Origin: a virus
DNA: 64,000 bases
IMG/VR virus record: IMGVR_UViG_3300028833_000010
Strand: one strand, 5' to 3'
Position 1 is the stretch's first letter. The number at the start of each line of letters is the position of its first letter. A program made the translations under genes and the position numbers. Shown one piece after another: positions 37,494 through 47,423 of the stretch. The notes under the pieces are model-generated. The model was not told the DNA's origin and ran no database searches. It saw only the letters and a list, made by a program, of their open reading frames with translations.

Positions 37494-38945
37494 ATGTCGA
37501 GATTAAAATTCAGCGAAAACTTATTTTTGGAGGTAAATGAACTCCAAAGGTTGGTTAAGTTTTTAGCCGATGACGGATATAAGTTGGCCATCAAGTCGCT
37601 TTCAAAATCATTCGGTATTGTAGAAAATAATGGCAATACATATTTTAAAGTGACAAACAAAGCGGGCACATCTAATGTAGTTGTTATCAATCCAGGCATT
37701 GCGTTTGATAGCAATCTAAATGCCATTATAATGGAGAAGGCTTTGGAAATGCAAATTCTTAATACTGGCGTGAATCATTGGCTTGTTTTGTCTGGTAGCG
37801 TTAAGAACACTGAATCTGGTACTGTTACTATTAACACTGATGGTTCCTTATCAGGTATTGGAACAGAGTTTACAAAAGTTTTGCGTGGTCAACCTAACTT
37901 TCCAACCAAGGTAAAATTTGAATCAAATGTAAACACTGGCGAATATGAAGTTGTGAATGTAGTCTCTGATACGTCAGCTGTTATTTCAGGTTCCTTCGTA
38001 AACGAAAGTGAGCTTCAATATTCTGTCATAGGAACGTTCACACCTGGATTTAGACCGCTTGAATCAAATAAGTTGATTTATGAATATGATTCATATAACA
38101 TACGAATAGTGGATTCAGCAGACAAACCTTCTGTATCGGCTGATGAATTCATTATTGCCGGCATTTCTTTTGATGAAGTAGGAGGCATGAACATTTCAGA
38201 TGAGCGTATATATTCTATGTTTAACAATCCATATGTTCAACAAGGAGGTAGTTCTGAATCAGCTTACAAAAATCCATTAGCAAGTCTTTTAAGTGTAGCT
38301 GCTGTAGGAGGAGTAAATGCTGTAAATGCAATATCAGTTGATTTAGAATTAATTGTTGAACATGGATACACGATAACGAAGTTTGAATTGGTAACAACTT
38401 CTACTTCTAACTCATTCAATATCATTTCTGGGTCAAGCAATTATCTTGGTTCAGGAGCTATTCCTGACGGTTTGTTTAATAATTGGTTATTAGTGAATAG
38501 AACTAATATGAAATATGCTAAGATTGATAGTAATTCAAATAAATCTTTGTTTATTTCTAATCTTGACACTTCTATGATTTTGGACAATGATAATGATTTT
38601 ATTGTTGTGCCTAATTTCTTGGAAATGGAATATGAAGTTAAATTATCGTCCAATGTAAATTTACCTTCCAAGCCTTTCTATTTTAGAGCTTCTATTTGGA
38701 ATGTTGCAGAAAGGATGAAAGTTTATGCCTTCTTCCCTTCCGTTTCAGAAAGTTTTTCTGACGAGGTAACAATATCAATAGGTTATCGCATGTTGGATAA
38801 TAGCGGTAAGCAATCACCATTCGCTCCGCTTGCTATTGCTCAGTTTACGAATATCAATGGACAGCCTGAAACCTTATCGGGTAGTTCATTTGTTGTTAAT
38901 CTTGCTGATATTGAGCCTCAAGCTAAACAACGCAATTACTCTTAA
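37494..38945 (+). CDS. tail fibre protein
   Basis: 483 aa with Ser/Asn/Gly/Val-rich, beta-rich composition, in the fibre block. Confidence 0.4.
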   Translation: MSRLKFSENLFLEVNELQRLVKFLADDGYKLAIKSLSKSFGIVENNGNTYFKVTNKAGTSNVVVINPGIAFDSNLNAIIMEKALEMQILNTGVNHWLVLSGSVKNTESGTVTINTDGSLSGIGTEFTKVLRGQPNFPTKVKFESNVNTGEYEVVNVVSDTSAVISGSFVNESELQYSVIGTFTPGFRPLESNKLIYEYDSYNIRIVDSADKPSVSADEFIIAGISFDEVGGMNISDERIYSMFNNPYVQQGGSSESAYKNPLASLLSVAAVGGVNAVNAISVDLELIVEHGYTITKFELVTTSTSNSFNIISGSSNYLGSGAIPDGLFNNWLLVNRTNMKYAKIDSNSNKSLFISNLDTSMILDNDNDFIVVPNFLEMEYEVKLSSNVNLPSKPFYFRASIWNVAERMKVYAFFPSVSESFSDEVTISIGYRMLDNSGKQSPFAPLAIAQFTNINGQPETLSGSSFVVNLADIEPQAKQRNYS

Positions 38946-38949
38946 AGTT

Positions 38950-39843
38950 ATGATGATATATTTGACGGGGGCAGCGACCTCATTAACAAAAACGCAAGAC
39001 AATCCTCAATCAGATGCATCAAGGAGCTTGGGTGGATACATTTCTTCCACCCCAGTTCCTAATGCAGCGTTGAATACGTTGTTTGACCTTATTTCTTCTT
39101 ACACTTTAGAGAAGAAGTCAAAGGAAACAATAGCAATAGGACTTATAAATCAATTTGATAAACCAGTGAGGGATATTGAGTTGAAAATAGTAACAGACGA
39201 AAATCACGAAGCTGTTTTCAAAATAGCAGCCGTAGCAGTAAGTTCTGATGATTATGCTATGGAAAAGATAGCTAATAGATATCAAGAGCCTATGTTGGCG
39301 GAGTTTTATGATGCTTCTTTTTATCGAGCTGCCGTTGATTTGAAAATCGAACAATACGCTTCAGCAGGAGAGGAAATTGCTTTGTTCCCCTTTAATGTAT
39401 CTTTTGAGGTAAAGGAAACAGGAATTGAAGGCACTTGGTTAGCCTTTGAGGAGGCATTTAGCAATGATGAAACTTATAGTGTGAAGAGAATATCTGAAAC
39501 GATATTCAGGATTGAGAGACGTGACGAAACAGTGCTGGAAACTCCATTAGAATGCTCCTACATTACCACCGAAGGTTTTACGGCTGAATTTTTAGGCAAA
39601 TTAAGTAATAAAGCTGATAATGGAGTAATCATCAAAAATGAATTAAAACCGAAGGAAGCTGTAGGAATATGGATCCAAAGAATAATAAAGAAAAATCATT
39701 ATCCTACCAACGAAGAGTTGTTGAAAGAATACAAAGACAAATATGTTCGTGAGACTGTAGAGGAGGTTGAGTTGGTTCTCAGTTATAATTTAGTTGATGA
39801 TAAGAACTATCAAGAAACTGATTACAATGAAAATTATTCGTAA
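38950..39843 (+). CDS. fibre-block structural protein
   Basis: The ATG at 38950 lies just after the upstream stop, whereas the listed 38830 start lies inside the previous gene. N-terminus 'YLTGAATSLTKTQDNPQSDASRSLGGYISSTPV'. Confidence 0.4.
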   Translation: MMIYLTGAATSLTKTQDNPQSDASRSLGGYISSTPVPNAALNTLFDLISSYTLEKKSKETIAIGLINQFDKPVRDIELKIVTDENHEAVFKIAAVAVSSDDYAMEKIANRYQEPMLAEFYDASFYRAAVDLKIEQYASAGEEIALFPFNVSFEVKETGIEGTWLAFEEAFSNDETYSVKRISETIFRIERRDETVLETPLECSYITTEGFTAEFLGKLSNKADNGVIIKNELKPKEAVGIWIQRIIKKNHYPTNEELLKEYKDKYVRETVEEVELVLSYNLVDDKNYQETDYNENYS

Positions 39844-39861
39844 CTTTTTATAATTTACAAT

Positions 39862-42354
39862 ATGGCAGGATATAATGACACTTATCAGATGATTATTTCT
39901 ACTTTAATGGGGAGACCTGTTGGAACTGAAATTCAGCCTGATAATCAGCAAGCATATGAAATAAATATGCTTAATTATATTAGGAGTTTAGAGCTTCTTG
40001 CTAATGGACCATTGATTGGAATTGCTGAACCTGATACTCAGCCAATACAACCAGATGACGCAAAAGCTTGTTACATAGCAGGTGTTGCTCAAGACAGAAC
40101 TGTTACGTTCCAAAATTTTCGAGATTATTTGGGTCAACCGATTCAGATAACAAACGGGCAAATGGAAGCGTGTTTGGTTATCTTTATTTGGGATACACAA
40201 TGTTGGTCAGCTACCCAAATTCCTACAAACATAATTAGTGCATCAGAACAAGCTAACTTCTATTACAGTTATAACATTCGCAAGACGTACCCATCAGTTG
40301 AGGCAATGAATGCTGATTCTGACAATCCTATTGGAACAAATGGTAAATACATACAAGTAGGCGATATAGTATCTGTTGTAAATACAACTAATTCAGGTGA
40401 AAACGGAATTTACAGTTACACTGGTTCTGGTTGGCAATTACAAAGTTCATATAATTTCAACATACTTCAATCTACTGGTAATAGCATAAATGATACAATG
40501 TCTCAACAAGCCATTACGGAGGCGGTAGAGGCAGTGGAGGAAAAGGCCAGATTGGTAGTTGGAAAACGCACACAAAATCTGTTTGACGCTCAGCAGAGTA
40601 AGATTGGCGATTTATATTATAAGTCAGGCAAGGAGTTTACGAGCAACATACAGGCGAGAACATTCGCCTTTCAGCATTCGGTTGTTGCTGGTAAATACTA
40701 CTATGCCTATTCGGCTTGTTCTCCACATGACGAGACAGATGATTTTAGGTTTCAGTTCGCTGTCGCAAGCGCTATACCCACCGTAGGTGGGCATTACGAT
40801 TATGCCTTCTCAGGCTCAATAAGCGATACCTATGTACGAGCTGGAGGTCTAGCATCTGGAAATGCGTCTTATTTAGTGCTTACGCTATATGTACAGGCTG
40901 GCGTTCCAGGGCAGGGTGTAGACACTGCTAAGGTAGACAGAGTAGTCAAGAGCGTGCTTGACACTCTTATAATTGTAGAATCAGATACGGCTATGTCGTA
41001 CCCGATAGGCTATGTCCCTTATGAGGTGCTTAGCATTACGGAAACAAATCTTAGCAACTCTATAAACGAGAAACTTAATTCAATACCCGAATCAGCAGAA
41101 GATTTAGGTGCTGTCTCCTTAAATCAAGGCTCAGTCCATGCAGGTTTGTACTTAAAGGTTGGTGCTGACGGACTTGTAACTTTAGGGGAAGGCAGCGGTG
41201 GCGGTGGTAGTCTTCCGTCTGATGTAGTTGCCCGAAAAGACTCTGTGTCTTTTCATATCGGAGAGAGCATTCTGACAGAGGCATCGGTTCAATTAGGGAA
41301 TGGCTGGTCTGGAACGCTTGCAGGTGGTTTTGCGCATTCCGGAAGTAGTACTGAGTCACTTACCTTTAATGTTAACACAATAAGCGGTAAGCCCTATTTA
41401 GTGCTTATAAATGCGACGGGTGTCACGGAGGGTAGCCTATACGTTAAGATAGGCAATAGTCCTGTCGTTGACACATACAATGGTAGCAGTAGTATAGTCA
41501 TAGGCTTTATCACTGATGGAGGTACGTTAAGTGTTATTCCTACAACATCTAATTCGATAAATATAAGCAGTATTAGGTTGTGCGAAGTTACTGAGAGCGG
41601 AGAAGAGATAGCTCTTGCCCTTTACAATGTAACAGCTGGACAGACGCTCGATAACCTAACTGGGTTTTGGAATGTCGCAATCAGCTCTGATGCTTTAGCA
41701 AGCAATCAGAATGGTTCACGCAATGTGGCAATAGGCAGGATGGCGATGAATGCACTCATTAGCGGAACACGCAATGTGGCAGTAGGTTCGTTTTCGATGC
41801 CATTCATAACTGAAGGCGACAGAAATATAGCAATTGGCTCCGATACTATTTATTCAACGTCCTCAACTGGTCGGAAAAAGGCTACTGACAATGTGGCGAT
41901 AGGGAAAGGAGTGCTAAAAGCAGGTTCTGACATAAAGAACAACGTTGCAATCGGAAGTGGGGCAATGGGTAGTTCAACCGACACTTCAAACGGCAACGTA
42001 GCGGTTGGAAGACAAGCAGGCAATTATGCGTCTACTTATAACACGCACATAGGGTATCGTGCCGGGTATTACACAAAGGGTAATCAGAACGTTTCCCTGG
42101 GCGCTTCTGCCTATTCTGACTCAAACAACTCTGGCAGTGGTAATATCTGCATCGGCTATAATGCAGGAACTAAAGACCCAGCATCATCTTCGAGCAACCC
42201 TGTAACCATTGATGACTCGATAGCGATTGGCAGAAATGTGAAGGCTACTAAGTCAAAACAGGCAGTTATTGGAGTAGCTGATAGCGAAATTGTCTTGGGA
42301 GGGCGAAAGCTGATATTTAATCAAGATGGAACGGTCAGTTGGGAAACGTTATAG
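39862..42354 (+). CDS. long tail fibre / receptor-binding protein with YadA-head-like 'NVAIG' repeats
   Basis: 830 aa. The C-terminal third has repeated 'RNVAIGRMAM / RNVAVGSFSM / RNIAIGSDT / DNVAIGKGV / NNVAIGSGAM / GNVAVGRQAG' units. G+C rises from about nt 40550. Confidence 0.6.
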   Translation: MAGYNDTYQMIISTLMGRPVGTEIQPDNQQAYEINMLNYIRSLELLANGPLIGIAEPDTQPIQPDDAKACYIAGVAQDRTVTFQNFRDYLGQPIQITNGQMEACLVIFIWDTQCWSATQIPTNIISASEQANFYYSYNIRKTYPSVEAMNADSDNPIGTNGKYIQVGDIVSVVNTTNSGENGIYSYTGSGWQLQSSYNFNILQSTGNSINDTMSQQAITEAVEAVEEKARLVVGKRTQNLFDAQQSKIGDLYYKSGKEFTSNIQARTFAFQHSVVAGKYYYAYSACSPHDETDDFRFQFAVASAIPTVGGHYDYAFSGSISDTYVRAGGLASGNASYLVLTLYVQAGVPGQGVDTAKVDRVVKSVLDTLIIVESDTAMSYPIGYVPYEVLSITETNLSNSINEKLNSIPESAEDLGAVSLNQGSVHAGLYLKVGADGLVTLGEGSGGGGSLPSDVVARKDSVSFHIGESILTEASVQLGNGWSGTLAGGFAHSGSSTESLTFNVNTISGKPYLVLINATGVTEGSLYVKIGNSPVVDTYNGSSSIVIGFITDGGTLSVIPTTSNSINISSIRLCEVTESGEEIALALYNVTAGQTLDNLTGFWNVAISSDALASNQNGSRNVAIGRMAMNALISGTRNVAVGSFSMPFITEGDRNIAIGSDTIYSTSSTGRKKATDNVAIGKGVLKAGSDIKNNVAIGSGAMGSSTDTSNGNVAVGRQAGNYASTYNTHIGYRAGYYTKGNQNVSLGASAYSDSNNSGSGNICIGYNAGTKDPASSSSNPVTIDDSIAIGRNVKATKSKQAVIGVADSEIVLGGRKLIFNQDGTVSWETL

Positions 42355-42447
42355 CAACCTTTCGTTTCTTTAACATAAACCGCATCAGGTGCTGATTTAA
42401 TCTGATACAAAATGAAGATTGTAACAGAATAATAAAAATAACTTTAA

Positions 42448-42490
42448 GAAAGGAGCATAAATAAACGTCTATGCTCCTTTTTTTTTCTTT
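42448..42490 (+). terminator. strong intrinsic terminator ending the structural module
   Basis: AAGGAGCATA-10 nt-TATGCTCCTT followed by a T-rich tract (CCTTTTTTTTTCTTTTT). Confidence 0.85.
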
Positions 42491-42655
42491 TTGTATTCGA
42501 TGTCATATGAGTATATGTAGCGAGATATTATAGAAAAGATTATAAGTCACGAGCAGGCATGTAAATCATTTCTATGATTAACGATTTATCAAAGTTATAC
42601 CGAAAGAGTGTGAACGTATTGACCAGTAACACCAAAATAGGCAGCTCTGTCCTTG

Positions 42656-42780
42656 TGATTGAGGGGTAACTTCTGACAACTGCCGACTATCATACCCAAG
42701 TAATTTGTAACAGATGTTTAACAAGGGGGATTGAGGGGGTAACATTCTCTATATCCTAACACCCCAAGTAATAATGATAA
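42656..42780 (+). repeat. two ~53-nt direct repeat units (GATTGAGGGG(G)TAAC...CCCAAGTAAT...TAAC) with GTAAC iterons
   Basis: Unit 1 is 42656-42710 and unit 2 is 42728-42780. GTAAC occurs at 42625, 42665, 42706 and 42738, with CTAAC/ATAAC variants at 42755 and 42776. Confidence 0.5.
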
Positions 42781-42781
42781 C

Positions 42782-43078
42782 ATGGAATCAAAGAAAACAG
42801 TTTGGAGCATCTTCCGAGATTATGTCAATAGCAAACCTATTGGAACGGAAATAACTAGACAACAGGTTTTGTCCGTTATTAAAGATTACAGATTAGCAAG
42901 ATTTTCAGACGTTACTGTTGATTGTAATCGCAACATGAGTGAGAAGGTAGGATATTTAGCTAAGACAAGCAAGTTAGGCATATATAGAGTAGTAAAACAC
43001 TTTGCTGCTGATTATACGGCTGGACAGCTCAGAAAAGACTACGACAATGGCAATAGAAATAATAGTAACAAGAATTAA
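42782..43078 (+). CDS. small protein, first gene of the replication module (possible DNA-binding regulator)
   Basis: 98 aa. The call rests on position alone and I recognised no firm motif. Confidence 0.4.
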   Translation: MESKKTVWSIFRDYVNSKPIGTEITRQQVLSVIKDYRLARFSDVTVDCNRNMSEKVGYLAKTSKLGIYRVVKHFAADYTAGQLRKDYDNGNRNNSNKN

Positions 43079-44555
43079 CAATTTTGAATATTCATTTAAG
43101 CTATCAAGCAAAAATGGAATAAGGCATGTTGCAAAAGCATTGACTTTTCGCAACCCTGACCCTTTTGCCTATTCGTCAAAAATAGAGAAATTTGACAAAA
43201 AGAAGTTTACTTTCAAAATAGGCATGTTGCCTACGTTGGAAAAGTATATCCGAGTTAACAACCTTTCATATCAGATTTCAGACTATGATTTCAACCTTCC
43301 AGAGGGTGTGGAGATAGATAATAGAATGACGGGGAAGTACATTCACCAACGTAAGGCAGTTGAAGCTTTTTATAAAAAGAGATTTGGAATCATAGTCGTA
43401 CCGACCAGGGGAGGAAAAACATTTATTGCTTCTGAGATATTGCGTATTTTCTTGAATAGCGATGATGGTAACTTCTTATTTCTTACTGATAACACAACCT
43501 TGTTTAATCAGGCTGTTAATGATATTAAGGAGTATTTTCAGCCGTATGGCGGTGTAGAGGTAGGAGAAATCAAAGCAGGCAAGATTGACGTTGGCAAGCG
43601 TGTAACTGTAGGAATGATACAAACCATACAATCTACGTTCTCTGCCAGATGTAAAGACAAAGTCAAGAAAAAAGAGCTTGATAAGTATTTCAAAACATTG
43701 AAGTTTCTTTGTATTGACGAGATACACGATAATTGTTCTGATGCTAAGCTCAAGACATATAAGAAAGCTAAGCAATTGGAATATCAACTCTGTCTTTCAG
43801 CAACTCCGTATCGAACAGGTGCATTGGTTCAGAATTTGAAGCTCAAAGAATGGAGTGGTGACGTTGTTTATACAATAACCGAGAAGAGGTTGAGAGAAAG
43901 GAAGGTGTTGTCAGACTATCGTGTGTTTATGCTACTTATTGACCATAATGATATTGAGTATGATATTGAAGCGGATGATTATAACAGTTGTCGAAGAGAG
44001 TTGATATTTGAGTCAAAACTTCGTAACAAGATACTGATGCAGGTTATCGGAATACTACGAGAGTTGAATCTAAAAACGCTTGTGTTATTCCAAAGCGTAG
44101 AGCATGGACGCAGGGTGGAAAGTCTTTCGGGAATACCTTTTATCAGCGGAGAGAATGACAGCGAAGAGCGTGAGCGAGCAAAAGAAGAGTTCTTGGAGGG
44201 TGAAGGCGGTTTTCTTTTGGCGTCAAATATCTTCAAGAAAGGTGTTACACTTCCTCAAGTTGAAGTCATGATAAACGTTGACGGAGGATTGGAAGATGCT
44301 AACACTATTCAAAAGAAAGGACGTGTATTGGGAGCCACGAAAACCAAGAGCCGAAGTCTGATAATTGACTTCTTTGATTTGTATGACGCTTATTTTTCCG
44401 AACACTCTGAAACAAGGTTAAATACTTATATTGGAGCTATCGGTGAGAAGCGAGTAGGCATATTGGATACTTCAATTGATGATTGGAAAGAAACTATTAA
44501 AAGATGGACAATAAAGTGGTTCGCCGCAGACAAAGGCTATTCAGATGTGCAGTAG
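43047..44555 (+). CDS. SF2 DEAD/DEAH-box helicase (ResIII/UvsW-like)
   Basis: Motif I 'VPTRGGKT', II 'CIDEIH', III 'LSATP', VI 'QKKGRVLG'. The ATG at 43047 is preferred over the listed 43002. Confidence 0.8.
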   Translation: MAIEIIVTRINNFEYSFKLSSKNGIRHVAKALTFRNPDPFAYSSKIEKFDKKKFTFKIGMLPTLEKYIRVNNLSYQISDYDFNLPEGVEIDNRMTGKYIHQRKAVEAFYKKRFGIIVVPTRGGKTFIASEILRIFLNSDDGNFLFLTDNTTLFNQAVNDIKEYFQPYGGVEVGEIKAGKIDVGKRVTVGMIQTIQSTFSARCKDKVKKKELDKYFKTLKFLCIDEIHDNCSDAKLKTYKKAKQLEYQLCLSATPYRTGALVQNLKLKEWSGDVVYTITEKRLRERKVLSDYRVFMLLIDHNDIEYDIEADDYNSCRRELIFESKLRNKILMQVIGILRELNLKTLVLFQSVEHGRRVESLSGIPFISGENDSEERERAKEEFLEGEGGFLLASNIFKKGVTLPQVEVMINVDGGLEDANTIQKKGRVLGATKTKSRSLIIDFFDLYDAYFSEHSETRLNTYIGAIGEKRVGILDTSIDDWKETIKRWTIKWFAADKGYSDVQ

Positions 44556-45103
44556 ATACTTTTGTAGAGCTATTGGAACAAGTTACAAAACGAAAAGTTA
44601 ATTACAAATGTAACAACTCTGATACGGCTTGTTGGAATAACTTTATGGATACCTTCTCTGACCTTATCGGAGAAGAGTTTGTGAGGAAGTTTTGCGAATA
44701 TGGTATTCAATCTTGGTTTAATTCAGGAGCAAAGAAGGACTACTCACGAGAAATAAGGTTCAATTGGGTGTTCGGAAAAACTGCCATAGCAAGGTGGAAA
44801 AAGTACGACATAGACACTAATGTATATATTACAAGAATTGGGTTGAAGAAAGACCATAAAATCAATGTAATAAAGAAGAAAACAGAAATACCAGCGTTAA
44901 TATCTATTATCAGACCTGCGGAGGAGAAATTCAAAGCAGACTATCATAATACCAACAGAGGATTTTTGTGGTGCATAGCAAATACAACTTTGTATTTTCA
45001 CAAAAGTTCTAAATGTGCAACTTGTAAATTCAAATGTGAATGTAAGGAACTTCTGAAATCAGAATATCCGAAAATATATGTAAAAAGAGGTTATGGCGAA
45101 TAG
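44504..45103 (+). CDS. hypothetical protein between two helicases (helicase-loader position); start uncertain (44504 or 44645)
   Basis: 199 aa with a Cys-rich C-terminus 'CATCKFKCEC' and no family recognised. Confidence 0.4.
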   Translation: MDNKVVRRRQRLFRCAVDTFVELLEQVTKRKVNYKCNNSDTACWNNFMDTFSDLIGEEFVRKFCEYGIQSWFNSGAKKDYSREIRFNWVFGKTAIARWKKYDIDTNVYITRIGLKKDHKINVIKKKTEIPALISIIRPAEEKFKADYHNTNRGFLWCIANTTLYFHKSSKCATCKFKCECKELLKSEYPKIYVKRGYGE

Positions 45104-46469
45104 TGATAGATTAGCAAGCAACTTTATTGTTGAGCTTCTTGCAGCTGCTTTAGAGAAAAGAACAGTATTTGAAATTGTAAGACAATACTTGAAATTCTCT
45201 TATTTGCAAATTGAAAGTGAGAAGAAACTGTGGCAATGGGTTACAAAAAGATATGACCTAACAGGTAAGGTTCCAACTATTGGTCAAATTCAACAACAAT
45301 TCCAAGATGATGAAAATGTATTAGAGAAGCTTGAAGAGATTGACGATGTAGAAATTGACGAGCAAGGCGGTCATGATATGATTATTGATACTTTCGAGAA
45401 GTTCATCAAGAAGATGAAATTTTTGGAAGCTAATGACAAGATTGCTGATTTATATAATCAAGGTAAGAAAGAACAATCTTGGGACATGTTCGTCAAATAC
45501 GCTGAAGACTTTTCCAAATTCTCTATTCAGTCTGCTAAGTTTGAAACTGTATTTGGAGACTTTGCGGAACGTCAGGCGAAAAGAAGAAGTGATGATTGGC
45601 AGTTTCGTTATAAAATACCAACTGGTATTGATGAAATAGATTATCGGTTGGGCGGTGAGAATGGCGGTCCAGAGACTGGTGAGTGTGTTCTTTGGTTAGG
45701 AGATTCAGGAGCTGGTAAAAGTCAGGTTCTGGTTTCTGTAGGCATATCTGCTGCCCGACAAGGGTTCAGAGTAGCACACTTTCAGTTAGAAGGCACAAAA
45801 GAACAGTGTTTAAATAGATATGATGCTGCTTGGACAGGTACGTTGTATCAGGATGTTAAACTTGGTAACATTACTGCCAAGAAGATGGAGGTGACCAAGC
45901 GCATTATCAAGAAGTTGAGAAAGAGTGATATCATAGTAAGTTCCGAGGAAACATTTAATGCTAAGACTTTGCCTGATGTTAGGAGAGAAGTCAAGGAAAT
46001 GGAGAAAACTTATGGTAAGATTGATGTAATTGTAATAGACTATTTGGAGTTATTGGAAGTGGGTGACGGTCATAACTATACACCTAATGAAGAGCGTTTC
46101 AGACAAGCAAAACTTGCAAAAGGTATGAAGATGCTTGCTATGGAGTTTAATGCTGTAGTTCATACCGCTACTCAGTCAAGTAGTATTGGAGAGGAGCAAA
46201 AGAACGACCCAGAGTTTGTAATCACACGTGCTCAACTCAGCGAAGATAAAGGAAAAATCCGTCCATTCGACATCTTTGTTACTATTAATCAAACACGTGA
46301 TGAAGCAAAAGAAGAGATTATGCGACTTCATACTGATAAGCTACGAGACTACAAGAATGGTGACCCAATTCACATCTGTAATAATTTTGCTTATGCACGC
46401 TTCTACGACCGCAAGCGTACTATGAACACCGACTGGGATGAATATGAAACAAACAGCAAGGAAGATTGA
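45093..46469 (+). CDS. DnaB-family replicative helicase
   Basis: Walker A 'GDSGAGKS', 'FQLEGTKEQCLNRY' (cf. SLEMS..QL..R), Walker B 'DVIVIDYLELL', 'HTATQ'. Confidence 0.75.
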   Translation: MANSDRLASNFIVELLAAALEKRTVFEIVRQYLKFSYLQIESEKKLWQWVTKRYDLTGKVPTIGQIQQQFQDDENVLEKLEEIDDVEIDEQGGHDMIIDTFEKFIKKMKFLEANDKIADLYNQGKKEQSWDMFVKYAEDFSKFSIQSAKFETVFGDFAERQAKRRSDDWQFRYKIPTGIDEIDYRLGGENGGPETGECVLWLGDSGAGKSQVLVSVGISAARQGFRVAHFQLEGTKEQCLNRYDAAWTGTLYQDVKLGNITAKKMEVTKRIIKKLRKSDIIVSSEETFNAKTLPDVRREVKEMEKTYGKIDVIVIDYLELLEVGDGHNYTPNEERFRQAKLAKGMKMLAMEFNAVVHTATQSSSIGEEQKNDPEFVITRAQLSEDKGKIRPFDIFVTINQTRDEAKEEIMRLHTDKLRDYKNGDPIHICNNFAYARFYDRKRTMNTDWDEYETNSKED

Positions 46470-47418
46470 TGATGCTGACCTTCGTGATTTGTTAATCAAT
46501 CCGAAGTTAAACCGAAGAGGACAATACATTTGCGATTGTCCTTTTTGTGGTAAAGAAAAGCATTTTTATATATCACGTCAAACTCAGCTTTGGGATTGCA
46601 AGAAGTGTGGCGAACATGGAAGTATTTACAAACTTCTCAAACAGCTGGACAAAACTTATCTATTAGGTGGCGCAACAGTTGAGATTAGAGATACTATTCA
46701 GAGCCTTCGTAATATAGTTGCTGAAAGCATAGAGGATGATGAGGTGACGTTAAAGGAGTTGCCTGTTATAAAGATGCCTGTGGGATGGAAAGTGTCCGTA
46801 GCAAGCACGAAATATCTATTGGGACGCAGAATAACACCTGCTGATTGTAAGCGTTATAACATAGGAGCTACTGATTTATATCGGAAATATCAAAACTATG
46901 TATTGGTACCAATTTACGATGGTGGAAAGATACGAGGTTTTTTGGGACGTTATGGAGCTAAGAAAGTTCCTTCAAACCGATTAAGATACAATAACAGTGT
47001 TGGTACTGAGTTCTCTGAGCTTTTGTTTGGATATGACGAAATAACTAAGAACACCACAACTGTTATATTAGTAGAAGGAATTTTTGACAAGATAGCGGTT
47101 GACAAAGTTCTTCACTTATGGGAGGGAGAGGACATAAAATGCGTTTGTACATTCGGTAAGAAAATCAGTCCAGCGCAATCTAAAAAGTTAATGATAAAGG
47201 GGGTCACAAATGTCATATTGTTATATGATTTTGACGCTATCAAAGATATCAAAAAGTATGGCTTGGAACTGGAAAATAACTTTGTTACAAGTATTACATA
47301 TACAAGTGCTAAAAAAGATATTGACGAATGTACGGAGCAAGAAGCATTGGAAGTTTTCACCCACCTTCAGAAACCGAGAGAGTTCAACGAGGATGTAATT
47401 GGTAAATTAAAGAAGTGA
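46438..47418 (+). CDS. DnaG-type primase (zinc finger plus TOPRIM)
   Basis: 'CDCPFCGKEKHFY...CKKCGEHG' zinc ribbon. 'VILVEGIFDKIA' and 'ILLYDFD' are TOPRIM E and DxD motifs. Confidence 0.8.
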   Translation: MNMKQTARKIDDADLRDLLINPKLNRRGQYICDCPFCGKEKHFYISRQTQLWDCKKCGEHGSIYKLLKQLDKTYLLGGATVEIRDTIQSLRNIVAESIEDDEVTLKELPVIKMPVGWKVSVASTKYLLGRRITPADCKRYNIGATDLYRKYQNYVLVPIYDGGKIRGFLGRYGAKKVPSNRLRYNNSVGTEFSELLFGYDEITKNTTTVILVEGIFDKIAVDKVLHLWEGEDIKCVCTFGKKISPAQSKKLMIKGVTNVILLYDFDAIKDIKKYGLELENNFVTSITYTSAKKDIDECTEQEALEVFTHLQKPREFNEDVIGKLKK

Positions 47419-47423
47419 CGAAT

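Noticed and set aside
38830-38949. Listed upstream starts that overlap preceding genes (38830, 4798, 16548, 19668, 43002, 57729, 62382, 62749).
   Set aside because: Each extension runs through the 3' end of the previous gene or through a terminator hairpin. Downstream in-frame ATGs placed right after the upstream stop give conventional gene packing.
39862-42780. Diversity-generating retroelement acting on the tail-fibre C-terminus.
   Set aside because: No reverse transcriptase ORF exists in the window. I found no template-repeat copy of the fibre 3' end in the downstream non-coding region.
42656-42780. CRISPR-like array in the non-coding gap.
   Set aside because: There are only two units, they are not identical, the spacing is irregular, and there are no cas genes.
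42355-42781. tRNA or other canonical RNA genes in the larger intergenic gaps (also 861-993, 47853-48019, 49944-50056).
   Set aside because: I could find no cloverleaf-compatible arms and no GTTCGAATC-type T-loop. The gaps are explained by terminators and repeat or motif elements.
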